From NCBI GenBank assembly GCA_019347675.1, contig JAHWKW010000011.1, positions 5,198-69,197 of the forward strand: a DNA stretch of 64,000 bases, written 5' to 3'. A program made the position numbers and the translations under genes. Shown piece by piece: positions 37,369 to 47,059 of this stretch (positions are counted from its first letter, which is position 1; the number at the start of each line of letters is the position of its first letter). The notes under the pieces are model-generated. The model ran no database searches. It was not told where the DNA came from and saw only the letters and a program-made list of their open reading frames with translations. Source of the stretch: Actinomycetota bacterium (lineage in GTDB: Bacteria; Actinomycetota; Nitriliruptoria; Nitriliruptorales; JAHWKO01).

Positions 37369-39485
37369 GACCGCTGCGGCTCGGACGGCACCGCTTCCAC
37401 GTCGGACCGTTGGCTGCGGGCCTCGGCCCTCGTTCGGCCGGGTGGCTCCGAGGGTCGGGAACCGCGACCGGGTTCCGCCCGCGGGTCGGCCGGGGGCGGG
37501 CCTGATGGCTGTGATGAGGGCGCCTCCGACCTGCCCGTAACCGGCGCGCCACCGCCCGGTTCCGGCTGGGAGGGCGGCGCGCCCTGGTCGCGGTCGGGAG
37601 CAACGGGCTGTGGCTGGTGCGTCCGCCGATCGGCGGATCCGGTGTTGCCGCCTGTGCTGGCACCACCTTGCTGGTCGTTGCCGTTCGCGGGCTGGCCACC
37701 GGAGGCGGGCTGGCCACCGGAGGCAGGCTGACCACCGGAGGCGGGCTGGCCACCGGAGGCAGGCTGACCACCGGAGGCAGGCTGGCCACCGGAGGCAGGC
37801 TGACCACCGGAGGCAGGCTGGCCACCGGAGGGTGTCGACGCACCGGGGTCCGTGCCCGGCGGAGGATCCGGCTCGGACGGTCCCGCCGGCGGAAGGCCCG
37901 CACCGTCCCCCGGTCCTGTCGGGTGAGGGGCCGGTTCGACCGCCGGGGCGCCGGGATGAAGCCCGCCGGGCTGCTGTCCGCCGACGCGTTCCAGGACCTG
38001 CTCCAGTGCAGCACACCGGCTGCCACGCACGTCGGGGTCGGTGCACTCGGCCGCCGCCAGCGCGCGGAGGACCTGCAGTTGGGACGCCATCGCGCCCCGC
38101 AGCCGGGCGGCGTCCGCATCGCCACCTTGCGGGTCGAGCCGCTGCAACTCGTCCGCGGCTGCGGCCAGGAGAGCCTCGAGGTTGGCCGCCACCGCCTCGA
38201 TCAGGGCAGGGTCCGCCCCGTCCGCTGACAGCGCGGCGAGCTCGCCCAACCGCCGGGCCGCGAACGCCACCTGCAACTCGGCCCGGCGCAGGGGGTCGTC
38301 CACCAGATCCAGCCGTCGTTCTTCGAGCCACAACCGCGCCGGCCACAACGCATCGCCCGGTTGTGCGGCCCAGGCGAACGCGCCCGTCGCCGGAGCGGTG
38401 AACAGCAGTAGGGCCACCATGGCCGGGACGAGTCGGCGAATGCGGAAACGAGGCCGGCGTCGCCGCGGGAACCCACGGTGCACGCGGGGCCCGCCGCGCC
38501 GCCGGTCGGCGCGACCCGAACGGCGATCAACCGCCACGGCGCTCCCGGGTTGGGATTTGGCGCGCCCCTTCATCTCGGTCGCGGTGGCCACGAGTACGCG
38601 GTGGTCTGCCGCGACCTCCCCTGCTGTGCGCGCGATCCCGATGGACAGGCTCAACAGCAGACCCCGTCGGCGCCCGCCGCGCCGGTCCTCGAGCGCCATC
38701 CATCCCCGGGCGGCGTCGTCCGGATCGTGGAAGCCGGCCGCCCGCGCGTCGAAGGCGGTCACCACCGCCTCGGCGACGGTGATCGCGTCGTCGGGATGGG
38801 TGATGACGACGAAGTCGTCGCCGCCGACGTGGCCGACGAACATGTCGTCCTGGTCCTCGGTGACCTCACGGAGGATGTCCGCCAGTCCCGCGATCACCGC
38901 GTCGCCGCGAAGGAAGCCGTAGTGGTCGTTGTAGACCTTGAAGTGATCCAGATCGCAGTACAGCAGCGCGGTCGGTTGCCCGGCAGCGGCCCTGCGCTGC
39001 AACTCGGCGTCGATCGCGCGGTTCCCCGGCAACCCCGTCAGCGGCGAGGCGCCGCGGATCGCGCGTGTGCGGCCCAGCAGGCCGGCCACACGGGCAGACA
39101 GTAACGCGGCGTCGAACGGCTCGACCGAGACGACCTCGTCGGCCTCGACCGTCAGGCGCCGGTCGCGTTCCGCGGACGAGCGAGCCACCAGGACGACGAT
39201 GCCGGGGTTGCTGCAGCGCCAGTCGCTGCGCAAGGCCCGGCACAACTCGACCGCAGCGTGGTCGTCTCCGAGCGAGCCCACCAACGCCAGACTGGGACGG
39301 AAGCGGACGGCGAGGTGGAGCGCGCCTCGAGGCTCGTCCGAGTCGAGGGCCTCGATCCCGTGAACGGCGAGCGCCTGCACGATCTGCTCACGGACGCCGG
39401 GCCGTGCGTCGACCACGAGGACCAGCTCGCGCTCCTCGGCGGGGGCGCCCACCGTCCCAACTTGGTCCGACAGGTGATCGGACAA
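37365..39485 (-). CDS. Pseudo-receiver / GGDEF-type cyclase, then a TM segment, an extracytoplasmic helical domain and a Gly-Gln-Pro repeat tail
   Basis: REC-like N-terminus, then a GGDEF fold (PLTGLPGNRAID, LLYCDLDHFKVYNDHYGFLRGD, FVGHVGGDDFVVI). After it come a TM segment (LVPAMVALLLFTAPATGAFAWA), a helical domain and the repeat (GGQPAS)x8. Confidence 0.8.
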   Translation of the reverse strand: MSDHLSDQVGTVGAPAEERELVLVVDARPGVREQIVQALAVHGIEALDSDEPRGALHLAVRFRPSLALVGSLGDDHAAVELCRALRSDWRCSNPGIVVLVARSSAERDRRLTVEADEVVSVEPFDAALLSARVAGLLGRTRAIRGASPLTGLPGNRAIDAELQRRAAAGQPTALLYCDLDHFKVYNDHYGFLRGDAVIAGLADILREVTEDQDDMFVGHVGGDDFVVITHPDDAITVAEAVVTAFDARAAGFHDPDDAARGWMALEDRRGGRRRGLLLSLSIGIARTAGEVAADHRVLVATATEMKGRAKSQPGSAVAVDRRSGRADRRRGGPRVHRGFPRRRRPRFRIRRLVPAMVALLLFTAPATGAFAWAAQPGDALWPARLWLEERRLDLVDDPLRRAELQVAFAARRLGELAALSADGADPALIEAVAANLEALLAAAADELQRLDPQGGDADAARLRGAMASQLQVLRALAAAECTDPDVRGSRCAALEQVLERVGGQQPGGLHPGAPAVEPAPHPTGPGDGAGLPPAGPSEPDPPPGTDPGASTPSGGQPASGGQPASGGQPASGGQPASGGQPASGGQPASGGQPASGGQPANGNDQQGGASTGGNTGSADRRTHQPQPVAPDRDQGAPPSQPEPGGGAPVTGRSEAPSSQPSGPPPADPRAEPGRGSRPSEPPGRTRAEARSQRSDVEAVPSEPQRS
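37691..37834. repeat. 8 x 18-bp in-frame tandem repeat (encodes GGQPAS)
   Basis: The plus-strand unit gctggccaccggaggc(g/a)g repeats eight times with only single-base variation. It lies inside the CDS 37365-39485. Confidence 0.9.
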
Positions 39486-39609
39486 ACCACACCGTCCTCT
39501 CGCCGCCCAGGAACGGTCGGTGCTGCAGTCGCCGATCGCCGAGGGCGGTTCCCTCTAGAGATCGGTCAAGACGGGCACGACCTTGAGCCGTTGATCGCCG
39601 CACTGACTG

Positions 39610-40224
39610 TCAGCCCCCGACCGCCGGACCGCCGGACCGTTGGCGCACAGGCTCGATGCCGAGATCGTGGTACGTCAGCACCGGGCGGTACGGCACGTCC
39701 TCCCGCTCGAAGAACGAGGACGCCGCGTCGCCACGGTCGAGCAACGCAGAGGCCACAACCACGTTGGCGCCGGTTGCGCGGACGCTGTGGTAGGCCTGCT
39801 GGATCGAACCGCCGAGGCTCACCACGTCCTCCACGAGGAAGACGCGGTGGTCTTGCGTCAGCACCGCCCCCTCGATCAGCTTGTTGGTGCCGCGACCCTT
39901 GCGTTCCTTGCGGACGACGAACCATTCTGTGTCGGACAGGATCGCCGCGCCGTAGGCCAACGGGTCGGCTCCGAGCGTGAGCCCACCGACGGCGTCGAAC
40001 CTGATCCCCTCGGCGACGGTGATGGCGATGAGTGCCCGGCACGCCAGCGCCAGGTCACGGCCCTTGGACAGGGCTTCCTTGACGTCGACGAAGTGGTGGC
40101 TGAGCTGGCCCGACGACAGTCGGATCGGCTCTGCAAGACGTCGGTAACCGCGCTCGCGGACCACCTCGAGCAACCGTTGACGCAGGTCAGGAGGTTCGGA
40201 GGCGGATCGCCTGACCTCGCTCAA
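39610..40224 (-). CDS. Orotate phosphoribosyltransferase-like (type I PRTase)
   Basis: PRPP-binding loop VFLVEDVVSLGGSI, and an N-terminal region RLSSGQLSHHFVDVK like PyrE. The track ORF (to 40911) has a long extension that is antisense-like and not credible. The real start is uncertain; TTG 40224 is the nearest candidate and there is no ATG or GTG in frame nearby. Confidence 0.7.
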   Translation of the reverse strand: MSEVRRSASEPPDLRQRLLEVVRERGYRRLAEPIRLSSGQLSHHFVDVKEALSKGRDLALACRALIAITVAEGIRFDAVGGLTLGADPLAYGAAILSDTEWFVVRKERKGRGTNKLIEGAVLTQDHRVFLVEDVVSLGGSIQQAYHSVRATGANVVVASALLDRGDAASSFFEREDVPYRPVLTYHDLGIEPVRQRSGGPAVGG

Positions 40225-40455
40225 CGCGGACGGGGCACCATGCCGGTGCGGGACCCGCCGCGTTCTGCCATCTTCGGCCTCTTCGATCGCTGATCGACAA
40301 GCAGCCAACCCCGCGAGCGTGCGATCCGCGGATCTCGGCGACGTCTTTGGCACCAGCGAGGCTAGCGGCAGCCGCCAGGCTGCTCGCCGAGTCGCCGTCG
40401 AAGAGGGACCACTCCGCGGGTACGGTGCCGCCGGGCTCGCCTCGGGGGGACAGCA

Positions 40456-42201
40456 GTGACCGACCATCTCATCGCACCGCACGGCGGGCAGCTCGTCGAC
40501 CTCGTGGTGGACGCCGACCGGGCCGCCGACCTCAAGAAGCAGTCGCGGGATTGGCCCAGCTGGGACCTGACGGAACGGCAGCTGTGCGACTTCGAGCTGC
40601 TGGCCACCGGAGGGTTCTCGCCGCTGACCGGTTTCCTCACCCGCGCCGATTACGAGTCGGTGTGTGCCTCGATGCGCCTCGCCGAGAGCGTCGACGGGCG
40701 CCCGGGTGTGCTGTGGCCGATCCCGGTCACCCTCGACGTCCCGCAAGACGTCGCACGCACGATCGAACCCGGCACGCCGCTGGCACTCCGCGACCCCGAA
40801 GGGGTGCTGCTCGGCGCGCTGAACGTGGTCGAGGTCTGGCAGCCCGACCGCGAGGCGGAGGCCCAGGCCGTGTTCGCCACCACCGACCCGAGCCACCCGG
40901 GGGTCGCCCACCTGCTTTCACGCAGTCATCGCTACGACGTCGGCGGGACCGTGGAGGCGGTGCAGCTGCCGGTGCACTTCGACTACCGCCACCTGCGCCA
41001 CGCACCCGCTGAGCTTCGCCGGCTGTTCACCGAGCAGGGCTGGCGGCGGGTGGTGGCGTTCCAGACCCGCAACCCCATGCACCGCGCCCACGTGGAGCTC
41101 ACCCGGCGCGCCGCAGCGGGGGTCGAAGCCAATCTGCTGATCCACCCTGTGGTCGGGATGACCAAGCCCGGCGACGTCGATCACTACACCCGGGTGCGGG
41201 TCTACCAAGCGGTCCTGGACAAGTACCCGCCGCACACGGTGGCGCTGTCGCTGCTCCCCCTGGCGATGCGGATGGGCGGGCCGCGAGAGGCGGTCTGGCA
41301 CGCGATCATCCGGAAGAACCATGGCTGCACACACTTGATCGTGGGACGCGACCACGCCGGGCCAGGCACCGATCAGGCAGGGCAGCCTTTCTACGGACCG
41401 TACGACGCACAGGAGCTTCTGCGCCGCCACCAGGACGAGCTCGGCGTCGAGATGGTCCCCTTCCGCATGCTCGTCTACGTCGAGGAGATCGGCCAGTACG
41501 TCCCGGTCGATGAGGTGCCCGACGGGACGCGGACGCTGTCGATCTCGGGCACGCAGCTACGCGAACGTCTGAACAAGGGCCTCGAGCTGCCCGAGTGGTT
41601 CACGTTCCCGGAAGTGGCCGCGGAACTGCGCCGGACCTACCCGCCGCGGAACGAGCAGGGCTTCACCGTGTTCCTCACCGGGCTGTCGGGGGCGGGCAAG
41701 TCCACCATCGCCAACGTGCTCCTGACCAAGTTGCTGGAGCTCGGTGGGCGGCCCGTCACGCTTCTGGATGGCGACATCGTCCGCACCCACCTGTCATCGG
41801 AGCTGGGGTTCTCCAAGGAGCACCGCGACATCAACATCCGCAGGATCGGGTTCGTCGCAGCGGAGATCACCAAGAACGGCGGGATCGCGATCTGCGCTCC
41901 GATCGCTCCTTACGATGCGACCCGCAAGCAGGTCCGCACCATGGTGGAATCCACCGGGGGCGGGTTCGTGCTGGTGCACGTGGCCACCCCCCTGCAGGTG
42001 GCCGAGAGCCGTGACCGCAAGGGCCTGTACGCCAAGGCCCGCGCCGGGGTGATCACCGGCTTCACCGGGATCGACGACCCCTACGAGGAACCCGACGACG
42101 CCGAAGTCGTCCTCGACACCACCGAGCTGTCACCGGAGGAAGCGGCCAACGCCATCCTGCTGCACCTGGAGCACGAGGGGTACTACGGGGCGCCGGCCTG
42201 A
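40456..42201 (+). CDS. Bifunctional sulfate adenylyltransferase (Sat-type) / adenylylsulfate kinase
   Basis: ATP-sulfurylase motifs (VAFQTRNPMHRAH, HLIVGRDHAGPG) followed by an APS-kinase P-loop (FLTGLSGAGKSTIAN) and the CysC C-terminal region. Confidence 0.9.
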   Translation: MTDHLIAPHGGQLVDLVVDADRAADLKKQSRDWPSWDLTERQLCDFELLATGGFSPLTGFLTRADYESVCASMRLAESVDGRPGVLWPIPVTLDVPQDVARTIEPGTPLALRDPEGVLLGALNVVEVWQPDREAEAQAVFATTDPSHPGVAHLLSRSHRYDVGGTVEAVQLPVHFDYRHLRHAPAELRRLFTEQGWRRVVAFQTRNPMHRAHVELTRRAAAGVEANLLIHPVVGMTKPGDVDHYTRVRVYQAVLDKYPPHTVALSLLPLAMRMGGPREAVWHAIIRKNHGCTHLIVGRDHAGPGTDQAGQPFYGPYDAQELLRRHQDELGVEMVPFRMLVYVEEIGQYVPVDEVPDGTRTLSISGTQLRERLNKGLELPEWFTFPEVAAELRRTYPPRNEQGFTVFLTGLSGAGKSTIANVLLTKLLELGGRPVTLLDGDIVRTHLSSELGFSKEHRDINIRRIGFVAAEITKNGGIAICAPIAPYDATRKQVRTMVESTGGGFVLVHVATPLQVAESRDRKGLYAKARAGVITGFTGIDDPYEEPDDAEVVLDTTELSPEEAANAILLHLEHEGYYGAPA

Positions 42202-42440
42202 GAGTGGCCCGTACCCGTCGTCTCGGCTGCGGGCGGCTCGTGATCGAAGCTCTGTGGCGGTTCGGGCTTCGATGTCGCGTACGGGGCGGGGTGACTCCGG
42301 GAGCGCCACGGCGATCACGCAACGAGCTTCAGCCACCGCCGGCGACCGCCGACACATGTCTAGTCACAGAACGGACGAACTGGCGGTTCGGGTCCCACGG
42401 CAACGGACCCGGACGCTGCTAGCCACGACCAGGAGCACAG

Positions 42441-42917
42441 ATGGGACGCGCCATCGTCGTGGACGATGACCCGAGCATCCGCAGCCTCGTCCGCCTCACC
42501 CTGGAGATGGAGGGCTACGCCGTCGACGACGCCTGCGATGGCCAGGCGGCGCTGGATCTTATCCGCACCACGGAGCCTGACCTGGTCATCCTCGACATCA
42601 TGATGCCCGCGATGGACGGAGCAACCGTCGCGCGCGCGATCAGGTCCGATCCCGCCTACGACCACGTCGCGATCGTGTTCCTGTCCGCCCTCGTCACCGA
42701 CGACCACGTCTGGGACGGATGGCGCACGGGAGCCGACTCTTACGTCACCAAACCGTTCGACATCGAGCACCTGATGCGCGAGGTCGATCGCGTACGCAAG
42801 GCCCGCGCGGCTCTGGGCCTCGGTGACGCAGGATCCAGGTTGGTCATCGACGAGGCCCAACACGCGACCAGCGCGCCCGACGAGTTGCGGGTCAAAGGGC
42901 CCAGATCAGGGGGGTGA
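42441..42917 (+). CDS. Stand-alone receiver (CheY-like) protein
   Basis: AIVVDDDPSIR..LVILDIMMPAMDG..KPF. There is no output domain. The 3' end overlaps the convergent permease gene by 26 nt. Confidence 0.85.
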   Translation: MGRAIVVDDDPSIRSLVRLTLEMEGYAVDDACDGQAALDLIRTTEPDLVILDIMMPAMDGATVARAIRSDPAYDHVAIVFLSALVTDDHVWDGWRTGADSYVTKPFDIEHLMREVDRVRKARAALGLGDAGSRLVIDEAQHATSAPDELRVKGPRSGG

Positions 42918-44661
42918 CCAGCACGGTGGTGATGATCACGACGGCGGTGAGCGGGAGTCCCAGCCGCCAGTAGTCACCGAAGCGGTACCCGCCGAGCCCG
43001 TGCACCATGGTGTTGGTCTGGTACCCGATCGGGGTCAGGAACGACGCCGAGGCACCGACGGCCACCACGACCGCGAACGCCTGCGGATCCGAACCGATGC
43101 GGGCGGCCACCCCCAGGGCCACCGGGACCATCAGCGCCGCGGCGGCCGCGTTGGTCACCAGCTCGGTCAACATCAGCGTTGCGATCAGCACGGCGACCAG
43201 CGCCCCGACCGGTCCCACGGCGGTGGCCACACCCGTCACCGCCTCCGCGGCGCCACCGGCCAGCCCTGAGGCCTGAACCGCCCCGCCGAGGCCGATCGCG
43301 CCGGCGATCAGAAGCAGGAGGTCGAGGTCGAGGGCCTGGCGGGCCTCGGGGACGCTCAAGACCCGCGTCACCAGGAGGGCCACCACCGCGGCGAGCGCCG
43401 CGTGCAGCAGAGGGAGCGCGCCGCTGGCCGCAGCGACCACCATGGCAGCGAGCACGATCAGCACGAACCATGCGCGCCGATCGACTTTCGGCGGCTCCGC
43501 GTCCACGGGGACGATCAGCAGGAAGTCCCGCCGGTCGCTCCAGCGGTCGGCGAAGTCGCGATCGGCCAGGAGCAGCAGCGCGTCGCCGGGTCGGATGCGG
43601 ACCTCGCCGAGCTTGCCGCGGACCGGTGCACCCGCCCGGTGGATGGCGACGATCGCCGCGCCGTACCGCCCGCGGAAACTGATCTCCTTGGGGGTGCGGC
43701 CAGCAGCGCGCGAGGCGGCACCCACCACCACTTCGAACAGCCGGTGGTCGTGTTCGTCGAGGAGGTCGACGTGGCCCTCCTCGGCAGACTTCAGACCCGG
43801 CAGCGCGCGCAGGTCACGGACATGGTCGACCTGGCCCACGAAGGTGAGCACGTCCCCGCCGTACAGCACCGCGTCGGGGGCCACAGGCGCGATCTCGTGG
43901 CCGTCACGCTCGATCCTCACGAGGTAGACCCCAGCGAGGCTCCGCAACCCTGCGGAGCGCACGTCCCGCCCGTCCAACACCCCGCCCGGCTCGACCTGCA
44001 TTGCGAAGGTGTAGTCACGTCCGTGTTCGGCGAGCTGCTCGTGGGGGCTGCGACGGTCGGGCAGGACACGCGGCGCGAGCAACGCCAGCACCGCACACCC
44101 GGCCACGGCGATCGGCAGGCCCAGCGGGGTGATCTCGAACAGCCCGAACGCGCCAACGCCGGCCTCGTCGCTCAAGCCGGACACCAGCAACGTGACCGAT
44201 GTGCCGATCGTGGTGATCAGCCCGCCGAGGATGGCCGCGAACGACAGCGGCATCAGGAAACGCGACGGAGGCCGGCGAGCACGTTCCGCCCAGGTTCGTA
44301 GCGTCGGGGCAAGCATCGCCACGATCGGGGTGTTGGCGATGACGGCGGATGACGTCGCCACCGCAGGGACGAGCCGTCTCAGCACTCGGCGGTCGGAACG
44401 GTCCGCTCCGAGCACGTGGCCGAGCAGTCGCTCCACGGTCCCGGTCGTCTGCGCCGCTCGGGAGACGACCAGCAGGGCGGCCACGGTCAAGGTCGCGGGG
44501 TTGGAGAACCCGGCGAAGGCCTGGGCGGCGTCCACGACCCCGACCAGCAGCAGCACCACCACCGCGCTGAGCACAGCCACGGCCGGTGGCATCAGCTCCC
44601 GGGTGAGGACGGCCACCGTTACCATCAGCGTGGCCAACGTGAACCCGGCCTCGAAGGTCAC
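42892..44661 (-). CDS. SLC13/DASS-family anion permease with two internal TrkA-C (RCK_C) domains
   Basis: Start placed at GTG 44661, with a GAGGGAG ribosome-binding site 8 nt upstream. N- and C-terminal transporter halves flank two cytoplasmic RCK_C-like segments (VEPGGVLDGRDVRSAGL.., IRPGDALLLLADRD..). Confidence 0.8.
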   Translation of the reverse strand: MTFEAGFTLATLMVTVAVLTRELMPPAVAVLSAVVVLLLVGVVDAAQAFAGFSNPATLTVAALLVVSRAAQTTGTVERLLGHVLGADRSDRRVLRRLVPAVATSSAVIANTPIVAMLAPTLRTWAERARRPPSRFLMPLSFAAILGGLITTIGTSVTLLVSGLSDEAGVGAFGLFEITPLGLPIAVAGCAVLALLAPRVLPDRRSPHEQLAEHGRDYTFAMQVEPGGVLDGRDVRSAGLRSLAGVYLVRIERDGHEIAPVAPDAVLYGGDVLTFVGQVDHVRDLRALPGLKSAEEGHVDLLDEHDHRLFEVVVGAASRAAGRTPKEISFRGRYGAAIVAIHRAGAPVRGKLGEVRIRPGDALLLLADRDFADRWSDRRDFLLIVPVDAEPPKVDRRAWFVLIVLAAMVVAAASGALPLLHAALAAVVALLVTRVLSVPEARQALDLDLLLLIAGAIGLGGAVQASGLAGGAAEAVTGVATAVGPVGALVAVLIATLMLTELVTNAAAAALMVPVALGVAARIGSDPQAFAVVVAVGASASFLTPIGYQTNTMVHGLGGYRFGDYWRLGLPLTAVVIITTVLVTPLIWAL

Positions 44662-44861
44662 CGGTTGGACTCCCTCACGATCCGCGCGGGAGTGTACGGC
44701 CGGGGCGTTCAACGAGGCGCGGAGCCGAGCCCCACCGAGACCGGCCGCGAGGCCGGCCTCCCGCCTCCAGACCCGCCGAACGGCGTGGTTCTCGGCATGC
44801 GCGGAGTCACTGCGCAGGCGATGATGCATGCTCCGGACGACGTTCGAGGAGGGCCCTGTCC

Positions 44862-45137
44862 GTGACCGACGACGCGCACCGGGTGACGTTCGCGGAGGTC
44901 GACACTGACAACCGGTGCTGGGGTTCGGGCACGACCGGGCTGGGCTGCGACCGTGAGGCGACGTTGGCGGTGGGCTTGTGCCGCGAATGTCACGCCGCGA
45001 TCTCGACGCGCGTGGAGCAGGGCCGGGCTCCGCGGCGGCCTGCGCTTCCCCCAGGCGGCGTCATCGAGGTGAGCGTCGTCTTCGGCGACGGAGGGGAACT
45101 CGTGGACAGGGTCGTCGAGGCCGGAACCGAATTGTAA
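44862..45137 (+). CDS. Hypothetical small Cys-containing protein
   Basis: 91-aa ORF with GC-rich third codon positions. It has a CWGSG..GC..CRECH pattern suggesting a zinc ribbon. There is no further support. Confidence 0.35.
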   Translation: MTDDAHRVTFAEVDTDNRCWGSGTTGLGCDREATLAVGLCRECHAAISTRVEQGRAPRRPALPPGGVIEVSVVFGDGGELVDRVVEAGTEL

Positions 45138-45173
45138 CGAGCGATCCAGGTTCCCTATTCCTGCAAAGACTGT

Positions 45174-45539
45174 CTATCCATCGGTGCTATCCCCGTCGCT
45201 ATCGACGGCTTCTTTTTCCCGGCGGTGTAGCTCGTCCTCCAGTTCGAGGATCCGCTCGATGCCAGCGGCGGGGATGCCCTCGTCAGCCAGGCGCATCGCG
45301 CGCGCGAGCCGCCCGATGTCATCCCGGGAGTAGCGGCGCTGGCCCGAGGCAGACCGTCCCGGCTCGACGAGACCGCGCTTGTCGTAGCCGCGCACCACCT
45401 GCGGATCCACGCCCATCAGATCGGCGACGACACCGACCGTGTACAACGGCTCGTCGGGGGCGTCCAGGGCCTTCTCCCATTCCTCCTCCTCGGAGTTCCC
45501 TGCCTCGGACATCGCGATCTTCTCCATTCCGACCCACAT
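45174..45539 (-). CDS. MerR-family regulator, HspR-like
   Basis: MerR helix-turn-helix YTVGVVADLMGVDPQVVRGYDKRGLVEPGRSASGQRRYSRDDI, then a short coiled coil. The start is ambiguous (Met at 45539, 45527 or 45512). No dnaK operon is adjacent. Confidence 0.8.
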   Translation of the reverse strand: MWVGMEKIAMSEAGNSEEEEWEKALDAPDEPLYTVGVVADLMGVDPQVVRGYDKRGLVEPGRSASGQRRYSRDDIGRLARAMRLADEGIPAAGIERILELEDELHRREKEAVDSDGDSTDG

Positions 45540-45796
45540 GGAGCGGACTCATGCTCCCCGAGCCGCTCCGGCTGGCTGTCTGACGCCTGAAGCGTCCGCT
45601 GGCGTCCACGCCCAGGACATCGGTCATCGATTATAGTCGAACTCTAGCTCTGATGAGGATACTTTCCTGATTGCATCGGAACAAACCTTACGACAGGACG
45701 TTCCGAGGATCGAGTGAAGCGACGAGTTCAGCGGGGCGGACCCCGCCACGGAACCTGATCGGAGGTGACAACGGATGATCGAACATCGGCCTGCTT

Positions 45797-46333
45797 GTGG
45801 TCCGGGTCGTGGTCGGCGCGCTCATCGCAGGTCACGGGCTGCAGAAGGTCGCCGGCTGGTTCGGCGGCCCGGGCGTGAACGGCCACGCGGAGGCGCTGCG
45901 GTCGCTGGGCTACCGACGTCCCCGCACCCTGTCGTGGGTGCACGGCGTGGCCGAGACCGCCGGTGGTGTGCTGCTGGCCGTCGGGTTGCTGACCCCCTTG
46001 GCCGCCGCGGCGATCCTCGCGGTGATGCTCAACGCCGCCGTCGTGGTGCACGCCCGCAACGGCCTGTGGGTCCAGCAAGGCGGCTACGAGTACCCGCTCG
46101 TGTTGGCTGCCTTGTCGGCCGGCATCGCTCTGACTGGTCCCGGCGCGTTCGCGCTCGACGCGATCACCGGCTGGGACCTGACGGGGGTGTGGGCAGCAGC
46201 CGGCATCATCGGCGGACTCGCCGTCGGTGCCGCGGTGCTCGCTGTTCGCCAGCAGCCGCAGCCCGCGGACCAGCACGGCTCGGAACGCCAGGACCCCTCG
46301 GAGCGACCGGGCACCCCTGCACACGCCGCCTGA
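45797..46333 (+). CDS. DoxX-family membrane protein
   Basis: VVVGALIAGHGLQKVAGWFGGPG ... AAILAVMLNAAVVVHARNGLW ... GGYEYPLVL is the typical DoxX signature. Confidence 0.85.
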   Translation: MVRVVVGALIAGHGLQKVAGWFGGPGVNGHAEALRSLGYRRPRTLSWVHGVAETAGGVLLAVGLLTPLAAAAILAVMLNAAVVVHARNGLWVQQGGYEYPLVLAALSAGIALTGPGAFALDAITGWDLTGVWAAAGIIGGLAVGAAVLAVRQQPQPADQHGSERQDPSERPGTPAHAA

Positions 46334-46541
46334 AAGACGTTTGACCACGACGACGCCGTCGAAGACATCACGACGTCAGCAGGAACGAGAGAGGAGTGAT
46401 GCAGCAGAACGCGAGGACGCCCCCCCTCCCCCGCGAGGATCCGTAGGCGTCACTGTCCCAGCAGCGGGCTGGCCTGGTCGAAGCGCAGCTCACCGACGGC
46501 GTGCTGACGGTGCGCCTTCTCGACGTTGGAGGTGGCGATCT

Positions 46542-46916
46542 CTAGGCGAACCTCGCCGCAGCGAACGCCAGGCTCGCGAGAGTCGCATTCGATCCGAGAA
46601 TGCTGAAGAACAGCAGCCGGGTGTCGGACTTCATCTCCTTCTGGATCCCTCGCAGTTCCTCGTGCAGCGTGGACTTCAACTCGTAACGCATGCTGTCGAA
46701 GCGTTCGTCCATCCGGCCCAGCGTTCGCTCGACCCCGTTGAGACGTGACTCGACCCCATCCAGACGTGACTCGACCCCAACCAGACGCGACTCGACACCA
46801 TCCAGACGCGACCGGATCCCGCCGAACTCGCCGAGCAGGACCTCTGCCACGTCCACGCCGAGTCTCTCCTCTAGGTGCGCCCACAACCGCGCGCGCCCGA
46901 AGTCATCCGCCGACAT
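46542..46916 (-). CDS. Tail-anchored coiled-coil protein with 7-aa tandem repeats
   Basis: The motif (S/E)RL(D/V/N)GVE repeats four times, encoded by 21-bp tandem units at 46726-46809. A C-terminal TM segment follows (LLFFSILGSNATLASLAFAAA). Confidence 0.55.
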   Translation of the reverse strand: MSADDFGRARLWAHLEERLGVDVAEVLLGEFGGIRSRLDGVESRLVGVESRLDGVESRLNGVERTLGRMDERFDSMRYELKSTLHEELRGIQKEMKSDTRLLFFSILGSNATLASLAFAAARFA

Positions 46917-47059
46917 CCTGCCTCCACGTCACCACAGCGACAAGCGCGATGCTCCTCGTCCGAGGTCGGCAGCGCGAGTAGGACCCGGACACGATTGTGG
47001 AAACGGGAGGAGGGCTGGGGACGGCCCCTGCCGCGTCCTCGCCCATGTGGTGATCGAGG

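Noticed and set aside
37102-38401. Long alternative ORFs (37102-38346 -, 37121-38125 -, 37610-38401 +) over the repeat region of the GGDEF gene
   Set aside because: They are produced by the 18-bp tandem repeat being open in all frames. Only the 37365-39485 frame connects to the GGDEF, TM and helical domains.
45540-45796. HAIR operator (CTTGAGT-N7-ACTCAAG) for the HspR-like regulator
   Set aside because: No convincing match to the inverted repeat was found by eye. Only fragments such as GAACTC are present.
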